From assembly GCA_002011035.2 (NCBI GenBank), contig MTLY02000003.1, positions 608,001 to 672,000 on the forward strand: a DNA stretch of 64,000 nt, given 5' to 3'. Both the position numbers and the translations under genes were made by a program. Under the pieces are notes generated by a model, which was given only the letters and a program-made list of their open reading frames with translations, had not been told where the DNA came from and ran no database searches. This DNA is from Candidatus Hecatella orcuttiae (GTDB lineage Archaea; Thermoproteota; Bathyarchaeia; Hecatellales; Hecatellaceae). Of the stretch, positions 38,725-48,861 are shown piece after piece (the first letter of the stretch is position 1; each line of letters begins with the position of its first letter).

Positions 38725-39807
38725 ATGAAGGTGCTCAGCTTCGACGCGAAGAAGGGAACAGCCGGCTTGGCCGTGGAGACGCTGGACGACCTTTGGCACC
38801 TCTACAACCTAATCTTCCAAGGGGACATCCTCTACGCCAAGACAAGCCGGGAGATCAAAGGAGCCAACGAAGGGGCGAGGCCCAGCTGCGGGCGGAGGGT
38901 ATGGATGACCTTAGGCATCAGGGTGGCCGACGTAGCCTTTGACAGGAGCACTAACAGGCTGAGGGTGCGGGGTCAAATCTTGGAGGCGCCTGAGCGCTAC
39001 CAAGGCCTCAAAGGAGCCTACCACACCATAACGCTTCTTCCCCACAGCCTCCTCAAACTCGTCAAAGAAAAATGGCCCCCCTACCAGCTTGACCGCCTCA
39101 GAAAAGCCTCTCGCGCCGAAGGGCGGCCCTTCATCGTGGTGGCAGCCGACGACGAGGAAGCCTGCGTCGCCGTGGTCAGGCGGTTCGATGTGGACGTGAA
39201 ATTCGAGGTAGCCGCCCGGCTGCCGGGGAAGAGGGAGGCGGGCAGGAGAAGGGGTGCCCTTCAAAAATACTTCGAGGAAGTGTCCAGAGGCTTGGGTGAG
39301 GTTTGGAAGTCAATCCGGGGGCCCATAGCCGTCGTCGGCCCGGGTTTCATCAAGGAGGAGCTCGCTGCATATGTGAGGAAGCATCCAGCCCTCCGGCCTC
39401 CTCCTAGGATAAGCCTCTTCTTCGCCAGCACCGGCGGCTTGGCGGGGGTTAAGGAAGCCTTGAGAAGCGGGGTGCTCCTCAGGTTCTTCAAGGAAAGCCG
39501 CCTCCTCCAAGAGGCAAGCTTGGTGGAGAAGTTTCTAGCCCGCCTCTCCACCCAAGGGAAGACCGCTCTCTACGGGGTGGAAGACGTGGAGAACGCAGCG
39601 CGCCGCGGGGCTGTGGAAGACCTGATGGTCGTTGACACCTACCTGCGAGGAGGCTCCGACGAGGAGCGGCTTCGCTTAGAGGAGGTCATGAGGGAGGTGG
39701 AGAGGAAAGGCGGAAAAGTCACCATCCTCAGCTCGGAGCATGAAGGCGGCGAAAAAATCCTCTCCTTCGGCGGCGTAGCCGCCTTGCTCAGGTACCCGCT
39801 GTGGTAG
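38725..39807 (+). CDS. pelA: Pelota (Dom34) ribosome rescue factor
   Basis: ETLDDLWHLYNLI, RLRVRG, YHT, GPGFIK, YG..DV..A...GAV..L, GGVAALLRY. Confidence 0.95.
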   Translation: MKVLSFDAKKGTAGLAVETLDDLWHLYNLIFQGDILYAKTSREIKGANEGARPSCGRRVWMTLGIRVADVAFDRSTNRLRVRGQILEAPERYQGLKGAYHTITLLPHSLLKLVKEKWPPYQLDRLRKASRAEGRPFIVVAADDEEACVAVVRRFDVDVKFEVAARLPGKREAGRRRGALQKYFEEVSRGLGEVWKSIRGPIAVVGPGFIKEELAAYVRKHPALRPPPRISLFFASTGGLAGVKEALRSGVLLRFFKESRLLQEASLVEKFLARLSTQGKTALYGVEDVENAARRGAVEDLMVVDTYLRGGSDEERLRLEEVMREVERKGGKVTILSSEHEGGEKILSFGGVAALLRYPLW

Positions 39808-40009
39808 ATTTGAAGGTTGGAAGCTGGAAGGTAGCCCGCTGTGAAACGGCGTTAACCCTTTCTCAGTGTTATGCCATTATAACATGGAATTATTCAGAGC
39901 AGCTTCAACCGTGCTGTCGGTGAGGGTTGTTGCGCTTTTTCCGCGGAGAGGGAGAGTCCTTAAAAGTTAGGAAGACGCTGTGTTATGAAAATTTCAGGGG
40001 AAGACCTCC

Positions 40010-40348
40010 ATGGAAGCCATCGTAGTCTACACCACCACCTCCAGCGTGAAGGAGGCTAGGAAGATCGCCCGCCACCTCCTCCGGAGAAAACTGGCAGCCT
40101 GCGTGTCTATCCTAGGCGGTGTGGAGTCGAATTTCTGGTGGAAGGGAAAACTGGACAGGGAAAAAGAATGCATCCTGATGGTTAAAACCCTGAAGAAACA
40201 CTACCCCTCGGTGGAGAGGGAGATAAAAAAAATCCACTCCTACGAGCTCCCTGAAATCATCGCCTTCAAAGCATCAGCCGGGCTTCGGGATTACCTAACG
40301 TGGATGGCCGAAGCCGTGGAGGCTGGGCCTCCAGAGGAAAAAGGATGA
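40010..40348 (+). CDS. cutA: CutA divalent-cation tolerance protein
   Basis: KLAACV, FWWKG, HSYELPEI, YLTW. Confidence 0.92.
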   Translation: MEAIVVYTTTSSVKEARKIARHLLRRKLAACVSILGGVESNFWWKGKLDREKECILMVKTLKKHYPSVEREIKKIHSYELPEIIAFKASAGLRDYLTWMAEAVEAGPPEEKG

Positions 40349-41478
40349 GCATGAACGCTGGGCTGACGGGGCAGGGAAACCTGCTGATTCTGCTTTTCCT
40401 CCTAGCTTGGCTTCTAATATACTCCTTGGGAAGCCGGTTTAGGCTGAGGGAACGCGGCTTAGACATCAAGCCCTTCATCCTCATCCTCAGGACTAAAAAA
40501 GTCAACGGGCTTCTGGAACTCCTAGCCGGCAAGCTCAGACGCCCCCTGCCCGTGATGAGCAACATCTCCTTGGTCCTCGGGGTCGGCTTAACAGCCTTCG
40601 CCACCTACATTTTCGTGAAAAACCTTTACTCCTTCTTCTTCCGGGTGGAGGAAGCTTTCCCCATCTTCCCCGCGGTGCCGGTTCTGACCATCCGGGAAAC
40701 CCTGCCCTACTTCCTCCTCTCCGCCGGCATCATCATCCTCGTCCACGAATTCGCCCACGGCGTGGTGGCGAGACATGAAAAAGTCGACGTCAAATCCGCG
40801 GGCATAGTCCTCCTAGGCTTGATTCCCGGCGGTTTCGTGGAGCCTGACGAGGAAAGCTTCAAAAAAGCGGAGAGGGAGAAAAAGCTCAGGATCCTAGCCG
40901 CAGGCTCCTCAGCCAACCTAGTCTTCGGCCTGCTCATGATTCTCCTCATCGTCGCTCTCTTCCCCCCAGCCGGGGTCATGGTCAACCAGGTGGTGGAGGA
41001 AAGCCCCGCGGCGGAGGCAGGGCTTCAAGCCGGAGACATCATCAAATCCGTCAACGGTGTTCCCACTTCTCACCTGGAAGCTTTCCGGAGGGAGATGGAG
41101 AAGGTTTCAGTGGGCTCCACCGTGGTGCTGAGGGTTGAATTCCACAACGGCACCCAAGCCGACTTGGCCGTGGCCACCATGGGGGCGGAGGACGATGAGA
41201 CCCGGGCTATCGTAGGCATCTACCCCTCCAACTACGTGAGGTTCATGAACTACTACTGGGCTGTTTTCTGGGTCCAAGTCTGGTCCATCAACATCGCCAT
41301 CTTCAACATGCTTCCCATCTACCCGCTGGACGGAGACGGCTTCTTCTACCATCTTGCGGAAAAATACGTCGGGCAGAGAGCCCGGCTTCTCCGCGTCGGC
41401 CTCACCGGCTTCTACCTTCTCCTCCTCGGACTGAACATCACGCTGACATTTATGAGGTTCGGCTTCATATCCATATAA
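40345..41478 (+). CDS. Site-2 protease (M50) with PDZ domain
   Basis: HEFAH, GFVEP, AGSSAN, PDZ (SPAAEAGLQAGDII), NMLPIYPLDG; ATGA overlap with cutA. Confidence 0.92.
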   Translation: MSMNAGLTGQGNLLILLFLLAWLLIYSLGSRFRLRERGLDIKPFILILRTKKVNGLLELLAGKLRRPLPVMSNISLVLGVGLTAFATYIFVKNLYSFFFRVEEAFPIFPAVPVLTIRETLPYFLLSAGIIILVHEFAHGVVARHEKVDVKSAGIVLLGLIPGGFVEPDEESFKKAEREKKLRILAAGSSANLVFGLLMILLIVALFPPAGVMVNQVVEESPAAEAGLQAGDIIKSVNGVPTSHLEAFRREMEKVSVGSTVVLRVEFHNGTQADLAVATMGAEDDETRAIVGIYPSNYVRFMNYYWAVFWVQVWSINIAIFNMLPIYPLDGDGFFYHLAEKYVGQRARLLRVGLTGFYLLLLGLNITLTFMRFGFISI

Positions 41479-41586
41479 AATCCTTTGCTTTGTTCACCCA
41501 AACCGGATGGCTGCCATCTTTCCCTCACCCACGAAGAATAAAGGACGTAGAATGATACTTGGAAGCTTCTGGCTGAAAGTAGGAAG

Positions 41587-41919
41587 TCAGATTCCGAGCG
41601 TTTTAAGCGTGGAAACGAATTTTTCGGGGTTTTTAACCGACATGACCACTTCTTTCCAGTAGCTTCCTCTTCTCCTGATCTCTACACTTCTCCCGTGGTG
41701 GATGGCGAAATATAGCTTCTTTCCAAAGGGATTCAGCCTGAGCCCCCAGCCCACATACCAAGGGATTCCCTCCAAGACCCTAACCTCTTCTATGTCTGAA
41801 AGGGGAATCACATGCCTGTAAGGCCAGAAATAGGCCTCTACACCGTCTTCATAGATTCTGAAAGAGCTTGGAAAGAGCAGTCGATAGGATTTCTCCTCGT
41901 AGATCAACTTCCCCGTCAA
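41587..41919 (-). CDS. Hypothetical protein (PH-like fold suspected)
   Basis: 110 aa; IPLSDIEEV...GWGLR...SVKNPEKF pattern recalls bacterial PH-like domains. Confidence 0.55.
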   Translation of the reverse strand: MTGKLIYEEKSYRLLFPSSFRIYEDGVEAYFWPYRHVIPLSDIEEVRVLEGIPWYVGWGLRLNPFGKKLYFAIHHGRSVEIRRRGSYWKEVVMSVKNPEKFVSTLKTLGI

Positions 41920-42109
41920 ACCATCCCACTTCCACGAGGCTCAAGAATGGTCGAGGCTTCGTAACTTCCCGTCGACCACCCTGTGTTTACTGACCCACCA
42001 TCCAATAGTTTTTCCTAAGACTGAACGGATAAAACTTTATTTCAGCGCCGGAGATGAGATATACGCGCCTTCAACATGAGTTTGCGAAGTTGAGTTCCCC
42101 CGGAGGAAG

Positions 42110-43054
42110 ATGCTTCTGTTCTGCAACAAGTGCGGGAGAAGCCCCCCTGTCTTTTTCCGCCCTTACTCAGGGGAGCGGCTGTGCAGGGGATGTTTCCTCC
42201 GCTCCGTGGAGAAGCAGGTCCGCCAGACCGTTTCCAAATACCGCATGTTCAGGGAGCAGGACAAGATAGCCGTCGCCCTGTCCGGGGGGAAGGACAGCCT
42301 GGCCCTCCTTTACATTCTCCACCGGATTGAGAAAAACTTCCCCAAGGCCCGGCTCTTCGCCCTCACCGTCGACGAGGGCATCCCCCACTACCGGGAGGAA
42401 GCCGTGAAAAACGCCCGGAAGGCCTGCGAAGAATTGAACGTGGAACATGTGGTAGTGAGCTTCCGGGAGCTCTACGGCTTCACCCTCCAAACCCTAGCGG
42501 AAAAAATCAAAGACATCCGAGGGGAGATGACCCCCTGTTCCTACTGCGGAGTCCTCCGGCGGAGGGCTTTGAACAAGGTCGCCCGAGAAATGGGCGCCGA
42601 CAAACTGGCCACAGCGCATACCTTGGACGATGAGGTTCAGACTATGCTGCTCAACCTAGTCCACGGCGACATCCGCCGGATTTCGAGGGTGGAAGCCGTC
42701 ACCCCTGGGGCTGAGAAGCTGGTGCAGAGGGTGAAGCCTTTCAGCGAGGTTCCTGAGAACGAGGTCGCCCTCTACGCCTACCTGAAGGGCGTTGACTTCC
42801 AATCTTCCATCTGCCCCTATGCGCCCCAAGCCTTGAGGACGGAGGTCAGGGAGTTTGTAAACCGGCTGGAGGCTAGGCATCCTGGCTCCAAGTTTAAGCT
42901 CTACCGCTCCTTCGAGAAGCTTAAGCCCGCGGTGAAGGCGTCCTTCCCATCCCAGCTTTCTCAGTGCCAACTCTGCGGGGAGCCGGCTTCTCAGCCCCTC
43001 TGCGAACCCTGCCGCCTCCTAGAAAGCCTGAGGGCTAAGTTCCCGAAGCTTTAA
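42110..43054 (+). CDS. tRNA 2-thiolation enzyme TtuA/Ncs6 family
   Basis: N-terminal CxxC..CxxC, SGGKDS, CSYCGVLRR, AHTLDD, CPY, C-terminal CxxC...CxxC. Confidence 0.9.
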   Translation: MLLFCNKCGRSPPVFFRPYSGERLCRGCFLRSVEKQVRQTVSKYRMFREQDKIAVALSGGKDSLALLYILHRIEKNFPKARLFALTVDEGIPHYREEAVKNARKACEELNVEHVVVSFRELYGFTLQTLAEKIKDIRGEMTPCSYCGVLRRRALNKVAREMGADKLATAHTLDDEVQTMLLNLVHGDIRRISRVEAVTPGAEKLVQRVKPFSEVPENEVALYAYLKGVDFQSSICPYAPQALRTEVREFVNRLEARHPGSKFKLYRSFEKLKPAVKASFPSQLSQCQLCGEPASQPLCEPCRLLESLRAKFPKL

Positions 43055-43110
43055 AAATCCAAAAAACAATCTTCCATGCACACGGGAAAACGTTGAACAC
43101 GGTTTGAAAC

Positions 43111-44685
43111 ATGCAAGGGGAAAAGCCTCAGGGCAACGTAGAATACAAACTCAGGCTGGTGGACGTTTCCCCGGAAAGGCTGGATGAAATAGCCACCCAG
43201 CTGAAGTACCGGCTTGAAGAAGGCCTGGGGGAAGCCATCTACGAACTCGGAGTCATGGACGACGGGGAAGTCGTGGGGCTAAACGGCCGAGACCTAGACG
43301 AAACCCTGCGAACACTGGAGAAGGCGGCTAGAAAAATCAACGCCAAACTCACCCTCATCCGCAAAGTCAGCGGGAAAATAGGTGAAGCCTGCGAGGTTCT
43401 GATTCGGAGGACCAAGGAAGCAGGCAGCTTCCCCATCTGGCTCTACATCCCCGTCCTGGGAAACGTGGACTCTGGGAAATCCAGCCTGGTAAGCGTTCTG
43501 ACGACCGGGGAGCTGGACGACGGCAACGGAGGCGCCATGGTGAAGGTAGCCCGCTACCTCCACGAAATCAAGATGCGGAGAACCTCCTCGGTTTCCTCTC
43601 ACCCCCTAGGCTTCGACGAGTCTGGGAACACGGTGAACTACTCTTCCGCCTCCCCCTTGGACGAGGCGGAGATTTTCCTCAACTCCAGCAAGATCGTGGA
43701 CTTTGTGGACTTGGGCGGGCATGAACGATATTTTAAGACTACCCTCCGCGGCATCATGGGCCACCAGCCTGACTACTGCCTCATCACCGTGGCTGCGAAC
43801 ACGGGGATCAAGCCCATGACGGTGGAGCATCTGAAGGTAGTGGTGGGCCTAAGGCTTCCCATGATCTTCGTGATAACCAAGGCGGATTTGGCTCCGCATC
43901 TTCTGGAGAAGACCCTGAGGGACATCCAAAGCCTTGTGAAGCTTCCCAAGGTCAACGCTGTGCCCTTCCCCATCAGAAACTTCGACGACGCCGTGGTGGC
44001 CTCCAAGGTCATGCCCTGCGGCCGAGTGGCCCCTATCTTCACCATCTCCAACGTCACAGGCCGAGGAATAGACCTCCTCCGGGTTTTCCTCAACCTTCTC
44101 CCCCAGCGAACCCGGTGGGTGGAGCAGGCTAACAGGCAGTTTCTGATGTACGTGGACGAGGTTTTCAACGTGCGAGGCGTAGGCCCGGTGGTCTCCGGGT
44201 TGGTCATGCAGGGAGGCATCTCCGAAAACGACTACGCCCTCCTCGGACCCTTCAAGGACGGCAGCTTCAGAAACGTGAGGATAAAATCCATCCACCTCAA
44301 CAGAACCTTTGTAGACTGCGCGGTTGCGGGGAACGACGCCTGCCTAGCCTTAGCCGGGATCAGAGTGGAGGAACTCCGGAAGGGTATGGTTCTCCTCAGC
44401 GTTGAAGCTAAGCCCAAGGCGGTGACTGAGTTTGAGGGGGAAGTCTTCATTCTCCACCACCCCACCACCATCCGCCCGGGCTACCAAGCGGTGGTGCACC
44501 TTCACACCGTCCGCCAGGCTGCGGAGTTCGCTGAGATCCACGGCAAGGGCGTGCTGAGAACCGGGGACTGCGGCAGGGTTAGGTTCAGCTTCCTCTACAA
44601 CCCTGAATACGTGGTGGAGGGGCAGAACTTCGTGTTCAGGGAAGCCAACGCCAAAGGCATAGGCGTCGTAAAAAAGATACTTTAA
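43111..44685 (+). CDS. GTPBP1/2 (GP-1) family translational GTPase
   Basis: GNVEYKL...TQLKYRLEEG.GEA; G1 GNVDSGKS; RTSS; DLGGHERY; TKAD; LHHPTTI; FRE. Confidence 0.92.
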   Translation: MQGEKPQGNVEYKLRLVDVSPERLDEIATQLKYRLEEGLGEAIYELGVMDDGEVVGLNGRDLDETLRTLEKAARKINAKLTLIRKVSGKIGEACEVLIRRTKEAGSFPIWLYIPVLGNVDSGKSSLVSVLTTGELDDGNGGAMVKVARYLHEIKMRRTSSVSSHPLGFDESGNTVNYSSASPLDEAEIFLNSSKIVDFVDLGGHERYFKTTLRGIMGHQPDYCLITVAANTGIKPMTVEHLKVVVGLRLPMIFVITKADLAPHLLEKTLRDIQSLVKLPKVNAVPFPIRNFDDAVVASKVMPCGRVAPIFTISNVTGRGIDLLRVFLNLLPQRTRWVEQANRQFLMYVDEVFNVRGVGPVVSGLVMQGGISENDYALLGPFKDGSFRNVRIKSIHLNRTFVDCAVAGNDACLALAGIRVEELRKGMVLLSVEAKPKAVTEFEGEVFILHHPTTIRPGYQAVVHLHTVRQAAEFAEIHGKGVLRTGDCGRVRFSFLYNPEYVVEGQNFVFREANAKGIGVVKKIL

Positions 44686-44710
44686 ACCGCCCGGATGCCG
44701 GCTGGCTTCT

Positions 44711-45811
44711 TCAGCCTCCGAAGCCCTGAGCTTCCCCCACGATGGGAATCTCCCACCCGCACCGGGGGCATCTCTTCTCCTTCGAAACCTTGTACTTGCA
44801 GACGGTGAAGCCGAATCTCTCGATGAGCAGCTCCCCGCAGCCGGGGCAGTAGGTGTTCTCCCCCGGATGGCCTGGCACGTTGCCTAGGTACACATACCGG
44901 ACGCCCGCCTTCTTAGCCGTGCGATAGGCTTTTTCCAACGTCTCCACCGGGGTCCTCGGCCTATCCGTCATTTTGTAGTCAGGGTGAAAACGGGTGAAAT
45001 GGAGAGGCGTGTCAGGCCCTGCCTCCTTCAGATGCTGTTCTATCAGCTCCTCCAAGCAGTCTTCACTGTCGTTTAATCCGGGGATCACTAGGTTGACTAC
45101 TTCCACGTGCATTCCCAGCCTCTTGGCTTTCCCCACGTTTCTCCAAACAACCTCCACATCGGCGCCGCAGTAACGTCGAACCGCTTCCCCGCCGCCTTTC
45201 ACGTCGAATTTGATGGCGTCCATTCCCGCGGCCTTCAGCATCTCCAAGGCCTCTCCGGTCATGTAGCCGTTGGAGACATAGGTGTTATAAAGGCCTCTCT
45301 CTCGCGCCAGGGGGAAGACGTCGAGGCTGTATTCGAAGAGCAGGGTGGGTTCGTTGAAGGAAATCGAAGTACCCCGGCATCCTTCGCGAAGGGTCATTTT
45401 CACAAGGGTTTCAGGGGCGACGTAGCTGGCTCTAGCCGGGTTTGGGGGGTATTTGCTGATGTCGCTGTTTTGACACCAAGGGCAGGCGAAGTTGCAGCTC
45501 CATGTGCCGATGGTTAAAGCCGAAGTTCCCGGCCAGAAGTGGAAGAAGGGCTTCTTCTCGATGGGGTTGGCTGACAGGGAGGATATGTCCCCGTACACCA
45601 GCGTGTAAAGCTTCCCCGCCTTGTTCCTCCTAGTTTGGCAGAAGCCGTCTTCGCCGGGGGTGACGATGCATCTTCTCTCGCAAGTTCGACAGCGGACTTT
45701 GTTGTTTCCCACCTTGTCGTAGAGAACTGCCTCCCGCACGGTGGGGTAGAGAGGAGCCTGCTTCTTCATGGGCTTCAATAGTTTAGGCGGGAAACTGGGC
45801 TTTAACTCCAT
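44711..45811 (-). CDS. AmmeMemoRadiSAM-system radical SAM enzyme (PflA-like)
   Basis: CxxCxxxC N-terminus, PIEKKPFFHF.PG, CNFACPWCQN, FNEP, PLHFTRFHP, YVYLGN, CPxC. Confidence 0.88.
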   Translation of the reverse strand: MELKPSFPPKLLKPMKKQAPLYPTVREAVLYDKVGNNKVRCRTCERRCIVTPGEDGFCQTRRNKAGKLYTLVYGDISSLSANPIEKKPFFHFWPGTSALTIGTWSCNFACPWCQNSDISKYPPNPARASYVAPETLVKMTLREGCRGTSISFNEPTLLFEYSLDVFPLARERGLYNTYVSNGYMTGEALEMLKAAGMDAIKFDVKGGGEAVRRYCGADVEVVWRNVGKAKRLGMHVEVVNLVIPGLNDSEDCLEELIEQHLKEAGPDTPLHFTRFHPDYKMTDRPRTPVETLEKAYRTAKKAGVRYVYLGNVPGHPGENTYCPGCGELLIERFGFTVCKYKVSKEKRCPRCGWEIPIVGEAQGFGG

Positions 45812-45932
45812 CGTCTGCTCCGAAGTCCCCGCAGGCTTGTGAGAGGGGGGAAAAGTTTTAATTTTGCAAGTATATTGATTGAGAGAGAAGGATAGGAAAA
45901 GATGGGAATTGAAATTTTGAGAGGTGTGTAGT

Positions 45933-46676
45933 ATGGGTTTTGTTCCTCCAAGTGCTTACGACCGAGCTATAACTGTCTTCTCCCCCGACGGCCGAATTTT
46001 CCAGGTGGAATACGCCTTTGAACCTGTTAGAAAGGGCACAACCGCCATTGGCATGGCTTGCAACGGCGGGGTTGTGCTGGCTGTGGAGGAGAGACCTTTC
46101 TCCGTGCTTCAAGACGTCAACGTGCCTCAGAAGCTGTTTCAAATAGATGAGCATGTGGGTGCAGCTGTGGCCGGGCTGATGGGTGATGCGCGGATAATGG
46201 TGGATCAGGCTCGCATCTACGCCCAGTCCAACAGGTTGATGTACGATGAGCCCATAGGCATCGAGGTCCTGGGGAAGCGGGCTGGAGATATAGCTCAACT
46301 CTACACGCAGCACGCTGGGGTCAGGCCTTTCGGGGCTTCCATCATCTTCGCCGGCATCGACAAAACCGGCAGCAGGGTTTTCCTCAGCGAGCCCAGCGGA
46401 GCCTACTGGGGCTTCAAAGCTGTGGCCATAGGCGCTGGGGCTGATGTGGTTAAGCCCATTCTGGAGAAGGAGTACCGGGAGGACATGAACTTGGATGAGG
46501 CGGCAGCCTTGGCTCTTTACTGTCTCTCCAAGGTGATGGAAGGTAAGCTTGAACCTTCCAAGATTAAGATGGCTTTTGTGGATAAAGAAACCAAGAAGTT
46601 CAGAATCCTCTCCTGGGAGGAGATTGAAAAATACGCCAAGAAGGCGAATTCTTTCAAGGCAGCGGATAGGGGATGA
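45933..46676 (+). CDS. psmA: Proteasome alpha subunit
   Basis: YDRAITVFSPDGRIFQVEYA, GTTAIG, RPFG; ATG 45933 after a GAGGTG RBS. Confidence 0.96.
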   Translation: MGFVPPSAYDRAITVFSPDGRIFQVEYAFEPVRKGTTAIGMACNGGVVLAVEERPFSVLQDVNVPQKLFQIDEHVGAAVAGLMGDARIMVDQARIYAQSNRLMYDEPIGIEVLGKRAGDIAQLYTQHAGVRPFGASIIFAGIDKTGSRVFLSEPSGAYWGFKAVAIGAGADVVKPILEKEYREDMNLDEAAALALYCLSKVMEGKLEPSKIKMAFVDKETKKFRILSWEEIEKYAKKANSFKAADRG

Positions 46677-47362
46677 GCCAAAAGTACACCGTGGCAAGGC
46701 TGGTTTTGGGCGGAGACAGGTTTGAAATAATGGTACACCCTGACAAGGCCATGGACTACAAGCTGGGTAAGCCGGTGAGCCTCTCGCAGATTCTCATAAG
46801 TGAAACGATCTTCAAAGACGTAAGCAAAGGGGAGCGGGCTTCCGAGGAAAAACTGAAAAAGGCTTTCGGCACCCTTGACTCCCAAGCCGTCTCCAAGGTC
46901 ATCCTGGATAAGGGAGAGCTTCAGTTCACCGCCCAGCAGAGAAGACAGCTTATTGAAGATAAGAAACGGCAGATAGTAGCCTTCATCTGCAAATACTGCG
47001 CCGATCCCAGAACAGGGCTGCCTCATCCCCCCCTCAGGGTGGAGCAGGCCATGGGTCAGGTCCGCGTGTCCATCGACCCCTTTCGAAGCACCGAGGAGCA
47101 GGCTAAGGAGCTCATCCAAGCCCTCCGCCCCGTGCTGCCGTTGAAGATGGAGATGGTCTCTGTGGAGGTTAAACTTCCGCCACGCTATGCCCCCGCAGCC
47201 TACGGGACTCTGAAATCCTTCGGCACCATCAAACAGGAACAGTGGACCTCCGACGGCTCGCTGGTGGCGGTGGTGGAGATGCCTGTAGGGCTTCACGGCC
47301 CCTTCTTGGAGAAGCTGGGAAACCTGACAAAGGGCTCCGTGGAGAGCAGGCTTTTGAAATAG
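46673..47362 (+). CDS. Ribosome maturation factor SBDS/Sdo1
   Basis: RFEI, IFKD..KG, AFGT, GELQ.T, DPRT..PHPP.R. Confidence 0.95.
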   Translation: MSQKYTVARLVLGGDRFEIMVHPDKAMDYKLGKPVSLSQILISETIFKDVSKGERASEEKLKKAFGTLDSQAVSKVILDKGELQFTAQQRRQLIEDKKRQIVAFICKYCADPRTGLPHPPLRVEQAMGQVRVSIDPFRSTEEQAKELIQALRPVLPLKMEMVSVEVKLPPRYAPAAYGTLKSFGTIKQEQWTSDGSLVAVVEMPVGLHGPFLEKLGNLTKGSVESRLLK

Positions 47363-47411
47363 TTTCGTTGAATGTTCGTGTTCCCTTTATGGTTTAAGAG
47401 AGGAGTTTGAA

Positions 47412-48122
47412 ATGGCTGTTCTGGTGGAAAAAAGACAGCTGGTCACGCCGGGAGAGCCTCTGGCTGAAGGGGATTTCATCGCCGGGGAGAACAGCTACCA
47501 GTCTGAGGGGAAGATTTACTCCCAAAAGCTGGGGCTGGCGGAAATAGATGGGAAAAAAATCTCCGTTGTGCCGTTGAAAGGCCCCTACATGCCGGCGGTG
47601 GGAGACTTGGTGGTGGGACAGGTGGTCGATGTGAGCATGGGCGGCTGGCATGTGGACATCAACGCCCCCTATACGGCTATCCTCCCGATTTCCGAAGTTA
47701 AGGGTAAACCCTTCGGCCCCCGGTTGGAGGCTCTCACCCGCATCTTCGGAATAGGCGAAATTCTCGTCTCTAAGGTCATCGCCTTCGACAGAACCCGAGA
47801 CCCGGTTATAACCATCCAAGGGCCCGGCTTGGGAAAAGTCCGCGACGGGGTGGTTGTGGGGCTGACTCCCACCAAGGTTCCTAGGCTTATTGGGAGAAAA
47901 GGTTCCATGATAAGCATGATAAAACGGGAAAGTGGCTGCGAAATCGTCGTCGGCCAGAATGGAAGAATCTACATCAGCGGCAGAAACCCGGAGAAGGTGG
48001 AACTTGTTATCAGAGCTGTCAGGATGGTGGAGGAGCAGGCTCACACCACGGGGCTGACAGACCGAATCAAAGCCTTCTTGGAAGCTGGAAAAGAGGTGAA
48101 GACGGATGAAAAGCAGCCGTAA
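47412..48122 (+). CDS. rrp4: Exosome RNA-binding subunit Rrp4
   Basis: VTPGE, Y.P..GD.V.G, S1 domain, KH motif [15 protein letters not shown]. Confidence 0.95.
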   Translation: MAVLVEKRQLVTPGEPLAEGDFIAGENSYQSEGKIYSQKLGLAEIDGKKISVVPLKGPYMPAVGDLVVGQVVDVSMGGWHVDINAPYTAILPISEVKGKPFGPRLEALTRIFGIGEILVSKVIAFDRTRDPVITIQGPGLGKVRDGVVVGLTPTKVPRLIGRKGSMISMIKRESGCEIVVGQNGRIYISGRNPEKVELVIRAVRMVEEQAHTTGLTDRIKAFLEAGKEVKTDEKQP

Positions 48123-48858
48123 GTTGATCGATGAGAACGGTTTAAGGGTGGATGGAAGACGGTGGGATGAGCTGAGGCCTGTCAAGATGGAAGTAGGCCT
48201 GCTGGCCAACGCCAATGGCTCCAGCTACATCCAGCAGGGGAAAAACAAGATCATGGTAGCCGTCTACGGGCCGAAGGAAGCTCACCCCAAGCATCTGGGA
48301 AACCCGGACAGGGCTATCATCAGATGCCGGTTTCACATGGCTCCCTTCTCCACCGAGGAAAGGAAATCCCCAGCTCCCTCCCGCCGGGAGGTTGAGCTTT
48401 CCAAGATCATAAGAGAAGCCTTGGAGCCCGCTGTGTTCTCCGAGTATTACCCCCGAAGCATGATAGACGTGTTCATCGAAGTCCTGGAGTCGGATGGGGG
48501 AAGCCGGTGCGCTGGGACCATGGCTGCATCTCTCGCCCTAGCCGACGCAGGCATCCCCCTCAGGGATTTGGTCGCTGCCTGCGCCGTGGGGAAAGTGGAG
48601 GGACAGATAGTCTTGGACTTGAACGATGTGGAGGATAAAGAGGGGGAAGCCGACATGCCTGTGGCTGTCATCCCAGCCCTAGGCAGAATTTCCCTCCTCC
48701 AGATGGATGGGCAGTTCACCGAGGAGGAGTTTGCGGAAGCCTTGGAGCTGGCTCAGAAAGGCTGCCGGAGTCTCTATGAAATCCAGAAGCAGGCTTTGAA
48801 GCAGAGGTACCTCCCGGAGAAGGAAGCCTTAGAGGCTGAGGAGAAAGGAGGGAAGTGA
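48106..48858 (+). CDS. rrp41: Exosome catalytic subunit Rrp41
   Basis: R.DGR..DELR, YGPKE.HP, MAPFST.ERK, DGGSR, DMP. Confidence 0.96.
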   Translation: MKSSRKLIDENGLRVDGRRWDELRPVKMEVGLLANANGSSYIQQGKNKIMVAVYGPKEAHPKHLGNPDRAIIRCRFHMAPFSTEERKSPAPSRREVELSKIIREALEPAVFSEYYPRSMIDVFIEVLESDGGSRCAGTMAASLALADAGIPLRDLVAACAVGKVEGQIVLDLNDVEDKEGEADMPVAVIPALGRISLLQMDGQFTEEEFAEALELAQKGCRSLYEIQKQALKQRYLPEKEALEAEEKGGK

Positions 48859-48861
48859 AGC

